Shown here: one piece after another, positions 8,922 to 17,618 of the stretch | Position numbering within the stretch: position 1 is the stretch's first letter | Layout: each line of letters begins with the position of its first letter | Origin: Patescibacteria group bacterium | GTDB lineage: Bacteria; Patescibacteriota; Microgenomatia; UBA1400; PJMF01 | Direction: 5' to 3' | Assembly: GCA_039934415.1 (NCBI GenBank) | Contig: JBDTME010000002.1 | Coordinates: 92,746 to 156,745 of the forward strand | Length of the DNA stretch: 64,000 bases | Notes under the pieces: generated by a model | What the model was told of the DNA's origin: nothing | The model's database searches: none | Seen by the model: only the letters and a program-made list of their open reading frames with translations | Translations under genes and position numbers: made by a program

Positions 8922-9926
8922 CTATCGTTGCTCTAACCATCGTTCTGCATCGATTGCGGCTTGGCAACCTTGTGCAGACGCAGTAATCGCTTGCTTATAG
9001 CGTACATCTACAACATCACCTGCAGCAAAAACTCCAGTGACTGAAGTCATAGTTGGAAACTGAATGATTCCCTCATTGAGGGCAGCTTGCGCTAACTCAA
9101 TTCCTTTTTGAGTTAAACTCGTTCTGGTTACAATGTATCCATGATCATCCAGTTCGACATGATTCTGTAAAAATTCTGTCGTTGGTCGATGACCAATTGC
9201 TAAAAACACACCATCTGTTTCAATCATTTTTTCCTGACCATTTTCACTCACTTTTAGACTCGTTACCGCTGGGTCACCGAGTACTTCTTGAGGAATTGTG
9301 TTCCACATCACTTTTACTTTGGGATTATTTAACACACGATCTTGCATGATTTTACTCGCTTTAAATGAATCGCGACGATGAATCACGGTCACAGAACTCG
9401 CAAACTTGGTCAATGCTAGAGTATCCTCCATTGCACTATCACCACCACCAATCACGACAGTTTTTTTATCTTTAAAAAAAGCTGCATCACAAACCGCACA
9501 AGTAGATACGCCACGACCAATCAATCGTTGTTCACCTGGAATTCCCAACATAATCGAATCTGCACCTGTCGCCAAAATAATGCTTTTGGCTTGGTACTCA
9601 ACCTCACCATCTTTTGTTTTGACAAACACCTTCTTGATAACAGGATCTGAAAAATCTACTCGCTGTACATTACGATACTCGACCGTTGCACCAAAGCGCT
9701 CTGCTTGTTTGCGCATCTCGTCCATTAACAGTGGACCATCGATTCCTTTTTCATTTCCAGGCCAGTTCTCAATCACAGTCGTCAGCATTAGTTGACCACC
9801 AGCTTTTTCCCCAGCCAAAATCAACGGCTTCAAGCTCGCGCGGGCCGCATAAATTCCTGCCGTGTACCCGGAAGGACCGGAACCGACGATGATCAGATCG
9901 TGAATAGAAGTGTTATCCATATTCAA
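8922..9926 (-). CDS. trxB: thioredoxin-disulfide reductase
   Basis: FAD motif IIVGSGPSGYTAG, redox-active CAVCD and the NADPH site VIGGGDSAMEDT. Confidence 0.9.
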   Translation of the reverse strand: MNMDNTSIHDLIIVGSGPSGYTAGIYAARASLKPLILAGEKAGGQLMLTTVIENWPGNEKGIDGPLLMDEMRKQAERFGATVEYRNVQRVDFSDPVIKKVFVKTKDGEVEYQAKSIILATGADSIMLGIPGEQRLIGRGVSTCAVCDAAFFKDKKTVVIGGGDSAMEDTLALTKFASSVTVIHRRDSFKASKIMQDRVLNNPKVKVMWNTIPQEVLGDPAVTSLKVSENGQEKMIETDGVFLAIGHRPTTEFLQNHVELDDHGYIVTRTSLTQKGIELAQAALNEGIIQFPTMTSVTGVFAAGDVVDVRYKQAITASAQGCQAAIDAERWLEQR

Positions 9927-9971
9927 GGTTAATTTAATTAATAAAAGTTTTTCGAATCTAGAATGAACTGC

Positions 9972-10307
9972 TTACTTCGCCTGTTCAATCATCTTCTCAT
10001 ATCCTGCTCGTCCAGAAAAGCCAACTTGGCGATCAACTTCTTCTCCACCTTTGAACATGATCACCGTTGGGATGCTCATGACACCAAATTGTTTTGGAGT
10101 ATTCTGATTCTCATCAACGTTCATTTTCACAATGATGACATCTTTTTCAGACTCACTCATTTCATCTAAGATAGGCGCTGCTAATTTGCATGGACCGCAC
10201 CAGTCAGCAAAGAAATCGACCATGACTGGCTTATCAGACTTCAAAACCATTGCGTCAAACTGATCATCGGTAATGTGCGCTGCACCAGTGTGTTGTGTAT
10301 CTGCCAT
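9972..10307 (-). CDS. trxA: thioredoxin
   Basis: The WCGPCK active site in a 111-aa protein. Confidence 0.9.
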   Translation of the reverse strand: MADTQHTGAAHITDDQFDAMVLKSDKPVMVDFFADWCGPCKLAAPILDEMSESEKDVIIVKMNVDENQNTPKQFGVMSIPTVIMFKGGEEVDRQVGFSGRAGYEKMIEQAK

Positions 10308-10330
10308 AAAGCTCCTTTATTAGCTTACTT

Positions 10331-10567
10331 TTAATATTTAAATACTTCTGCTAAGACTGCATCCAAATCCTCGATCCGTCTCTCTTTCGAACATTTAAGC
10401 GCTTCTGTGGTCAAAACTGATCTGGCCACAGACGTTAATGAGTTTCGAGCCGCAATAATTTGGCGAACTATCTCGACACATTCTCGCTGCGACTCATACA
10501 TCTCATAAATGCCATTCACTTGACCGGCAATGCGCTTGAGCTGGGAAAGAGTTTGATCAGATGACAT
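10331..10567 (-). CDS. CsoR/RcnR-family (DUF156) transcriptional repressor, two-Cys variant lacking the metal-ligand His (CstR-like)
   Basis: A 78-aa all-helical protein with the family-typical length and pattern. Cys30 and Cys59 sit at the family ligand positions, but the position four residues before the second Cys is Glu, not His. It is the first gene of the trx gene string. Confidence 0.55.
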   Translation of the reverse strand: MSSDQTLSQLKRIAGQVNGIYEMYESQRECVEIVRQIIAARNSLTSVARSVLTTEALKCSKERRIEDLDAVLAEVFKY

Positions 10568-10576
10568 CCTTTATTT

Positions 10577-10593
10577 ATACCCCCCGGGGGTAT
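10577..10593. promoter_or_regulatory. perfect palindrome ATACCCCCCGGGGGTAT, candidate CsoR-family operator
   Basis: It lies 10 nt upstream of the repressor start codon. CsoR/RcnR operators are G/C tracts flanked by AT-rich inverted repeats. Confidence 0.6.
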
Positions 10594-10630
10594 GAGAGTC
10601 AATGGGTGAAATGCTGACTATAGATTTGCC

Positions 10631-10930
10631 CTACTTCTCCACTACTTTGGCTGCAAACAAGGTATCACCACTAAATTGTCCAGTTATACTGACTTGTTTG
10701 TTCGCGTAAGGAGTTAAATCAATTTTATAACTGTCGAGTTCGGTCTGCTTACCTGTGGAATCAACTAACGAAAATGTGTCACCGGATTGAACGACTTTAC
10801 CACTCAGCGTGGAGTCTCCTTCTCTGGCAGTAGGATTGGCTTGAATAGTATCTGCGTTGGACTTTACTGTTGGTTGGGATTGGCAACCAGCTAATAAAAG
10901 TAGACTGGACAATAGAATAAGATATTTCAT
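10631..10930 (-). CDS. hypothetical lipoprotein
   Basis: Signal peptide with a lipobox LLAGC. 99 aa. Confidence 0.4.
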   Translation of the reverse strand: MKYLILLSSLLLLAGCQSQPTVKSNADTIQANPTAREGDSTLSGKVVQSGDTFSLVDSTGKQTELDSYKIDLTPYANKQVSITGQFSGDTLFAAKVVEK

Positions 10931-11032
10931 AGATCCTTCAGGATTTTTTCAGTTGTAATATGTATAATTTAGAGTATCTGATCACATGTATACTATAATT
11001 AGAATTGATCATCAACTCTAGATGGAGGTTTT

Positions 11033-11602
11033 ATGAAGATAAAAGCATCACTGCTGTCGTTGACGCTGGCAGGCACATTCATTTTGAGTGCCACTCCAGT
11101 ATTTGCCGAAGAGAGTAATACTTTGTTTCTGAGACGCGAAGACAACATGGAGGCTCGTGTCACCAAGCAGGAAGAACGAATTGAAACAATGAAAGCCAAG
11201 GTGACAGAACGGGCTGGTGAACGACAAGAACGCCGTACCGATATGGCTCAGAAACATGCCGGAAATTTAGAGACTCGTTTTAACGAAATGTATAAACGGC
11301 TCAGTACTTTGGCGAGTAAGATTCAAACTCGCATCAATGCTGTCAAAGCTGAAGGAAAAGACACCGCTGCTGCTCAAACCAAGTTAGACGCCGCTAAAGC
11401 ATCACTGGAATCAGCGAAAAGTTTGGGGCAAGAAGCCATCACCGCTTTCAAAGGTATTGATCCAGCTAAATATGATGAGCAACGATCAAAAGCATTGGCA
11501 GCTAAAGATAAAGCAGAACAAGCCAGAAAAGCATTTATGACTGCTCTACAAGATATGAAAGATGCAGTTGCCGCTCTCAAAGCATTGCGACCAACAGAAT
11601 AA
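11033..11602 (+). CDS. hypothetical secreted coiled-coil protein
   Basis: A signal peptide followed by a long alpha-helical KAEK-rich region. The upstream RBS is GGAGG. Confidence 0.4.
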   Translation: MKIKASLLSLTLAGTFILSATPVFAEESNTLFLRREDNMEARVTKQEERIETMKAKVTERAGERQERRTDMAQKHAGNLETRFNEMYKRLSTLASKIQTRINAVKAEGKDTAAAQTKLDAAKASLESAKSLGQEAITAFKGIDPAKYDEQRSKALAAKDKAEQARKAFMTALQDMKDAVAALKALRPTE

Positions 11603-11638
11603 TTACCAATACGTTTTAAAATATAAAAGGATATTGAT

Positions 11639-11908
11639 ATGACCACATCTACAGTCTTGAAAACTCTCGCTATTGTCTCTACCAGCGTTGTAGTGCTGGC
11701 CGGATGCTCGACCCAAACCACCTCTATTCCGTCCATCACACCGGTTCCGGCTGCTGAGAACGATACGAATATGATGGTTGCGCCAAACACAGTAACAGCT
11801 ACACCCGAGGCGGCTCAACCAACACTCTCTAAATCAACAAAAACAGATGACCTCAAAAAAGAGTTGGATGACACTACAGTGAAAGCTGAAGATTTTTCTG
11901 ACTTGTAA
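11639..11908 (+). CDS. hypothetical lipoprotein
   Basis: Signal peptide with a lipobox VLAGC. An 89-aa Thr/Pro-rich protein. Confidence 0.4.
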   Translation: MTTSTVLKTLAIVSTSVVVLAGCSTQTTSIPSITPVPAAENDTNMMVAPNTVTATPEAAQPTLSKSTKTDDLKKELDDTTVKAEDFSDL

Positions 11909-11930
11909 GACGACTTGAGATAACAACAGG

Positions 11931-11962
11931 ACCGGTTTTGAAGTTCAAAGCCGGTTTTTTTT
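11931..11962 (+). terminator. intrinsic terminator: 9-bp stem, 5-nt loop, then TTTTTTTT
   Basis: CCGGTTTTG-AAGTT-CAAAGCCGG followed by T8. It sits between the convergent gene ends at 11908 and 11967. Confidence 0.7.
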
Positions 11963-11966
11963 GAGC

Positions 11967-13889
11967 CTAACTAAATCGAACTGGGATAGATTCAATCGAA
12001 AGTCGTACTTGTCGCCCGAGTTTAAAATAGTGATCAAAAGTCGTTGCATTCTTTAAGAGCAAATGGAAAAAGCGGAACCGCAACGTTTGGAATAAGCCAA
12101 CGTCTTTTCTGAGATATATTTTCTCCTGAGCAATGTGCACTAACCAATGCTCTGGCTTTTCGTCAACATTGATCTTCGAGTGTGCTGCGATACCACTTAA
12201 CACTTCCTCCACATCTGGCTCTTCCATAAATCCAAAACGAACCTGAACGGATGAGATACTCCCTCTTTCGGGGTCTGAATAGAAGTTTATGACTTCGTAA
12301 CGACTATCTTCAGCATATGGGGTCTTCTCGATACTCACATTGAGAAAGAGTAAATGTTTTGGCATCATGCCATATCGCTCCCAAAAAATCTGTTCTAGGA
12401 ACGGCACGTTATCAGTCTTTTTGCTAATTAAAGACGGAGTCATGATCACAATTGAGCGAGGTAAAAACTCTTTCTGTTCTTTTTTGATATTAACTAGTTG
12501 TCGAGTTGTCATAGTATCAATACGACCGTAGGTGCGTGCTACATGCTTTCTTCCCCACTGCCAGGTCTTCATGACAATCAACACTCCAATACCAATCGCT
12601 AAAGGTACGTATCCTCCTTGAAATACTTTCAAAGAATTCGCAATTAAAAAGGTAATATCAACCGCCACTAATGGGATAAAAATTGCATAGGTCAAGCCAG
12701 GACTCCATTTCCACATCCCTTTGGCAATTGAAATCATAGATAAAGTGGTTGCCAACATGACACCTGATACAGCTAATCCATATGCCGCTGCCAAGTTAGT
12801 ACTGCTCTTAAAAGAGATGACCAACAAAATACACCCAATAAATAACAACCAGTTCACTGATGGCATGTAAATCTGACCAGAGTGTTCTTTGTGAGTGTAG
12901 ACCGTTTTCAACAACGGCAGTAATCCAAGTGCAACTGCTTGGGAAGCTAGCGAAAACGCCCCTGTAATCAGCGCTTGAGACGCGATAATGGTTGCCAAAG
13001 TTGCCAACACAATCATCGGAATAAGAAGTGGCTGAGGCACCATGCTATAAAAAACATTTTCAGCTAACACTTCTTTTCCAGAAAGCAGGAATGCGCCTTG
13101 ACCAAAATAATTTAAAATGAGAGCAGGATATGCTAGACCAAACCAGCTCATACGAATTGCTGGGCGACCAAAATGTCCCATATCAGCATACATCGCTTCT
13201 CCACCAGTCACGACCAACATAACAGAGCCAAGCATCAACAAAATGATGTGTAAAGGTGTGTGGGTTAAAAAGTAAACAGCATGAATAGGATTGAGTGCAA
13301 ATAGAATTTGAGGAATCTGAACGATCTGAACAACTCCCAATAACGCAATTGAGACAAACCAGACAGTGATGATTGGCCCAAATAGTTTGCCAATCTTGTC
13401 GGTACCATAACTCTGAATGAAGAAAAGTCCACTCAAAATAACGATCGTGATTGGAACTACAAATTGGGCAAAGGCACTCGTCACAACATTCATACCCTCG
13501 ACAGCAGAAATAACGCTGATTGCTGGTGTAATCACACCATCACCAAAAAGCAGTCCTGCAGCCAAAATTAAAACGCTGCTTAAAATAAGTCTGCCCGCCA
13601 GTTTGTTACGGACTAACAAACTATACAAGGCGAACACTCCCCCTTCCCCATCACTGTCCGCGCGCAATACGAGTACGACATATTTCAATGTCACAATAAC
13701 AGTGAGTGACCAAAAAACTAAACTGATGACACCCAAAACGTTTGCAGGCGAAGTAGCCATCTCACCATGTCCGAAGAAAATTTCTTTGATAGCGTATAAA
13801 GGAGATGTTCCGATGTCACCATAGACTACACCGAGTGCGCCAAATGCGAGAAGTAATTGTTGTTTGGTGGTCAGTTTTTGTGTGTGCAT
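11967..13889 (-). CDS. kup: potassium uptake transporter, Kup/HAK/KT family
   Basis: N-terminal GALGVVYGDIGTSPLY, about 12 TM helices and a cytoplasmic C-terminal domain. 640 aa. Confidence 0.9.
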   Translation of the reverse strand: MHTQKLTTKQQLLLAFGALGVVYGDIGTSPLYAIKEIFFGHGEMATSPANVLGVISLVFWSLTVIVTLKYVVLVLRADSDGEGGVFALYSLLVRNKLAGRLILSSVLILAAGLLFGDGVITPAISVISAVEGMNVVTSAFAQFVVPITIVILSGLFFIQSYGTDKIGKLFGPIITVWFVSIALLGVVQIVQIPQILFALNPIHAVYFLTHTPLHIILLMLGSVMLVVTGGEAMYADMGHFGRPAIRMSWFGLAYPALILNYFGQGAFLLSGKEVLAENVFYSMVPQPLLIPMIVLATLATIIASQALITGAFSLASQAVALGLLPLLKTVYTHKEHSGQIYMPSVNWLLFIGCILLVISFKSSTNLAAAYGLAVSGVMLATTLSMISIAKGMWKWSPGLTYAIFIPLVAVDITFLIANSLKVFQGGYVPLAIGIGVLIVMKTWQWGRKHVARTYGRIDTMTTRQLVNIKKEQKEFLPRSIVIMTPSLISKKTDNVPFLEQIFWERYGMMPKHLLFLNVSIEKTPYAEDSRYEVINFYSDPERGSISSVQVRFGFMEEPDVEEVLSGIAAHSKINVDEKPEHWLVHIAQEKIYLRKDVGLFQTLRFRFFHLLLKNATTFDHYFKLGRQVRLSIESIPVRFS

Positions 13890-14015
13890 AATGAAAAAAG
13901 GGATTATATTCCTGGTAAATGCATCTGTAAATGCTAAAAGCTGTATTGAATTATAGTCTGGCTAACAGCCATAATTGTACCCTGTCGAAAAAGTGTGAAC
14001 AGGTTGAAAATGAAA

Positions 14016-14486
14016 CTAACTCTTCTTGGGGTTATTGAGCAAGGCTGAAGTCGAAACCAGTGGGTTCTGTTCGAGTACTACACTGAGTTTGCCGCCATAT
14101 TTTTCAATGATCTTTTGTTTTGCTTCCTGGTGTGCTGTGTGTGAGGAAATAGCGAGAAAATCTGGGTGTAAGTCGGAAATGAGTTTTTCGTGATCAGCTG
14201 GTTGAGAAAATTGTTCAGGCAAAATGAAAACCGCCTCAGCAATTTTTGTAGCTTCTATCTCTGCCATTCGTCGCTGTTGATCCCAAATCGGCCGGTTTTC
14301 GCCTTTGAGCTGCTTCACCCTCGAGTCAGATTCGATGCCAACGACCAAAATATCACCCAATTCCTTTGCTCGCTGTAAAAAATGAAGATGTTCTTCATGT
14401 AACAAATCGAACACACCCGTCACAAGAACAACGGTCTTTTTCGAACGGTGGGCTTGCAACCAGTGAAGAGTTTCGGCGAAAGTCAT
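14016..14486 (-). CDS. cytidylyltransferase-like nucleotidyltransferase (RfaE domain II / TagD-like)
   Basis: VVLVTGVFDLLHEEHLHFLQRAKELGD matches the (T/H)xGH motif region of the CTP-transferase-like family. 156 aa. Confidence 0.6.
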   Translation of the reverse strand: MTFAETLHWLQAHRSKKTVVLVTGVFDLLHEEHLHFLQRAKELGDILVVGIESDSRVKQLKGENRPIWDQQRRMAEIEATKIAEAVFILPEQFSQPADHEKLISDLHPDFLAISSHTAHQEAKQKIIEKYGGKLSVVLEQNPLVSTSALLNNPKKS

Positions 14487-14559
14487 TAGAAGATTATTCT
14501 AACTGGATTTTGTTGACAGTCCAGCTTGGTTTTTGTACAAAAATAAATTGTTACACATT

Positions 14560-15552
14560 TTATTTTTCCAGTATTTGATGATCAAGAAATTTGCGATTTA
14601 ATTGGCACCCCTCTTCAAATAATTGAACCAAGCCTTCTCTCTCAGTCTTACTCATCCCCAACTCCTCCAACTTTTGTTGCCATTTTTTCAAAATGAGATT
14701 CTTGGTGTCCCGTGGGTGAAAGAAAGCAAAACCACGCCCTACTTTCTCGCGGGAACGTTTAGGTTGCATATACAGCCTTTGCGCGAGATAACTCACCAGT
14801 TCAACAACTACCACCAACAACAGAATAAAACTGCTCAAAATTTTTAAATTTAAAATTTCCCCATTGCCTTTCATTCGTGTCTCATAATCTTTGCTCTTCT
14901 CGGCTTTGACCGGATAATTTATATACTCGTTAACCCACTGGTTAGCACTCAACAACTCGTTTTGTGTACCCAACATCAGTTGCGCTTGTACCACTTCATA
15001 TGCTGTATATACGGACCGGTCTTCCTTCGGGACTTGTAAGTGATTTTGATCCAACCACAAATTAAAACACCATCCCCACTCCCCACTACTCCCATGCAAA
15101 CGATACTTACCGATCAATGATGTCCACAACACAACAACTACTCTGGTCAACCACAGCGTTCCAGGTTTCGTCACAATTAAAAGGTCGATGTCATCAGCGA
15201 GCGAACGAACGTTTTGCATAGCTAATGAACCAGTCACATAGACTGATGAAATGGTAGCGATCTTTTTCAATCTTGAAATGAGGGTGTCGAGTTCTGCTAA
15301 CTTGAAGTTTGAAATATGTTCTCGATCCTGTCTGATTAAAACAACCTGCTCGCGCCCCTTCAGCGTCCAAAATTGTTCTATCTTCGTCATTTGAGGGATT
15401 TGTTTGGCAGTTTGATTAATTTTCTTGAGATTCACTTCAGGGAAAAACCCAATTAACCGTTGATGCAATTCCTGTTCAGTCAATGGGTATTGAAAAACAT
15501 CAGAATAGGCTAATGTTGCCAAAACTAAGGAGGACAATGAAGGCTTTTTCAC
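14560..15552 (-). CDS. hypothetical protein with a Pol-beta-type nucleotidyltransferase fold
   Basis: GS-x9-DxD motif in VTGSLAMQNVRSLADDIDLLIV. A C-terminal TM segment. Confidence 0.4.
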   Translation of the reverse strand: MKKPSLSSLVLATLAYSDVFQYPLTEQELHQRLIGFFPEVNLKKINQTAKQIPQMTKIEQFWTLKGREQVVLIRQDREHISNFKLAELDTLISRLKKIATISSVYVTGSLAMQNVRSLADDIDLLIVTKPGTLWLTRVVVVLWTSLIGKYRLHGSSGEWGWCFNLWLDQNHLQVPKEDRSVYTAYEVVQAQLMLGTQNELLSANQWVNEYINYPVKAEKSKDYETRMKGNGEILNLKILSSFILLLVVVVELVSYLAQRLYMQPKRSREKVGRGFAFFHPRDTKNLILKKWQQKLEELGMSKTEREGLVQLFEEGCQLNRKFLDHQILEK

Positions 15553-15615
15553 TCGAGTATCATAGCATAATCAACTCATTGTGCGTCTAGAAATTTCTTT
15601 GAAGCGAAATTTTTT

Positions 15616-17580
15616 TTAGTTCGCAGCTGGTACTGCTGTAGGAGTAGCCAGCCCATATTGCCCGAGCACTTGATCGGTACCTTGCTTGACTGTCTTGACA
15701 TTTTCAGTGACTGCGCCAGGAGCATTTAATAAGTCTTCATAGTACTTGATTATGCGATCATTAATACCGTTATCATGAGTATATGCGTTCATATACCAAG
15801 CCCGAGCAAAAGGCGCATCCTGCAAGTACGCACCGACATATTGATTCGCTGCAATTTGGTCTGCTAAATCTTGACGTGAATACAACTCCCCAAAGGCTCG
15901 CACGTTCGATGCATCTGAGTAGAGTTTTTTCTCGACTTCAGCAGAACTCAAATACTTTAACAACAACCAAGAACCTTCTTTTTCTTTACTCTGGACACTC
16001 ACACCTTCAGCCCAAAAACTCGCCCAGGTTATTCGAGGCTTGTCAGGCAATTGAGGAACAGGAACAATATCAAACTGCAAGTTAGGATTGGCGGCTTTGA
16101 TCTCGTGTGCTCTCCAAGATGGAGCGATCATCATCGCTACATCGCCTTTTCCAAAAGCTACAGTGGCATTTGGTAAAGTGGCATCCCAAACTGCTAGTTT
16201 TTTAGCGAAGTCCGTATAAAAATTAATGGCTTCTACTGCTTTTGGGCTTGTAGGGTCAGCAGGATCTGCACCATTTTGCAACATTAACAATGCAATGATT
16301 TCAGAAAAATGCTCGACATTGCTCGCAGTCCCCATAGCGACACCACCTCGAGTAATCTTACCTCCGGACTTAATCGTTAAATCAGTGGCAGTTTTTTTCA
16401 TCTCTTCCCAATCTTTCGGTGGGGTTCGATTGGCAATACTAAAAATATCTTTGTTGTAATATAAAGCGAGCCCATCAATCATCAACGGGATACCTACTAT
16501 ATTACCGTTGGATGTAAGTTGTTGAGTTGCGATTGGATAAAATGTTTGCGAATACTCAGTCGGTGTCATAATTTTTTCCGGCAAAGGACTCAACTCGTTT
16601 TTCAACATTGGCACCCAACTGGCATGAAAACGAAACACGTCAGGCCCACTCCCCTTCGCAATTTCTGCTTGTAAGCGCTCTCGATAGTCTTGAAAGGATT
16701 GCTGAACATACTGAACCTGATAACCAGGGTTTTCTTTTTCAAAATCGGCCAGCACTTGCTGAACAACGGTTGTCGGCTCCCACAATCCCCAGTACACAAT
16801 TGTCTTTTTACTCACGGGTGCTTGTGTCGGTGTTAAGTCGCTGGATGAACCTGTTGAATTTCGGCCGAGGAACCAATACGCAGCAAATGCTAGTAAGGCT
16901 ACAACAACGGCTCCAAGTAAAACAAACGGTAAAAATCGCAAGACAGACTTATGTGGCTGAGTCCCGGTCGAACCAGGAGGTGGTGATGAAGGAAGAGTTG
17001 CAGAATTTGGAGTCGTTGAAGAAGCAGGTGATTTTCCAACCATTCCCATTGTTCCAGTTGTTCCTAAAGGTGTTGGTGACTTTGCTGGAAAAGACGTACT
17101 CGGTTTAAAAGTAGGGGCACCAACAGGCGCAGCATTCAGAGGCTTACTCGCGATACTACCACTGGCTATACCACCGGCGATACCTCCAGTTGCAACTGCT
17201 GTCCCTGTAGAAGCAAGTGGGCTTGGTGAGTTAGATGGTGTTGTAGATTTAAAAGGTTGAGCTGAGTTGAATGGAGCTGCACTCGGACGAGGCGCAGGTG
17301 GGATGCCAGTAGATGGTGGGACCGGTCTTACACCTGGCTGAGGAGAAGAACTCAATGTGCTTGGAGCCCAAACTGGTCTGGTACTTGGCGTAGTTGGAGT
17401 AGGTGAAGTTGTCACTTTAAAACCTGTTGAAACTGGTGCGGCACTTGAAGTATTTGATGCTCCAATAGGAGGAGATTGGAATGGTTTTTGAGGAGTCATG
17501 CCGAAACCAGTTTGACCTGGAATTGAGGCAGTAGAAACTGGTTGGGGCAAGGTGTTGTCGGGCATATTTAATCTTAACAC
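15616..17580 (-). CDS. ABC transporter substrate-binding protein (family-1 extracellular solute-binding) with a ~200-aa Pro/Ser/Thr-rich N-terminal region and a TM anchor
   Basis: The mature domain IVYWGLWEPTTVVQQVLADFEKENPGYQVQYVQQSF is typical of sugar/oligosaccharide SBPs. No permease or ATPase genes are adjacent. Confidence 0.65.
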   Translation of the reverse strand: MLRLNMPDNTLPQPVSTASIPGQTGFGMTPQKPFQSPPIGASNTSSAAPVSTGFKVTTSPTPTTPSTRPVWAPSTLSSSPQPGVRPVPPSTGIPPAPRPSAAPFNSAQPFKSTTPSNSPSPLASTGTAVATGGIAGGIASGSIASKPLNAAPVGAPTFKPSTSFPAKSPTPLGTTGTMGMVGKSPASSTTPNSATLPSSPPPGSTGTQPHKSVLRFLPFVLLGAVVVALLAFAAYWFLGRNSTGSSSDLTPTQAPVSKKTIVYWGLWEPTTVVQQVLADFEKENPGYQVQYVQQSFQDYRERLQAEIAKGSGPDVFRFHASWVPMLKNELSPLPEKIMTPTEYSQTFYPIATQQLTSNGNIVGIPLMIDGLALYYNKDIFSIANRTPPKDWEEMKKTATDLTIKSGGKITRGGVAMGTASNVEHFSEIIALLMLQNGADPADPTSPKAVEAINFYTDFAKKLAVWDATLPNATVAFGKGDVAMMIAPSWRAHEIKAANPNLQFDIVPVPQLPDKPRITWASFWAEGVSVQSKEKEGSWLLLKYLSSAEVEKKLYSDASNVRAFGELYSRQDLADQIAANQYVGAYLQDAPFARAWYMNAYTHDNGINDRIIKYYEDLLNAPGAVTENVKTVKQGTDQVLGQYGLATPTAVPAAN

Positions 17581-17618
17581 GCTTTCAACTTTAAGCGTTC
17601 CCCTCTATAATATCACCC

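Noticed and set aside
13890-14015. Possible c-di-AMP (ydaO-type) riboswitch upstream of kup
   Set aside because: Kup is a frequent target of this riboswitch. But the spacer is only ~125 nt and shows no recognisable pseudo-symmetric helices or conserved ACGGGGA-like core, only a small GGCTGTTAGCC hairpin and an AAATGC direct repeat.
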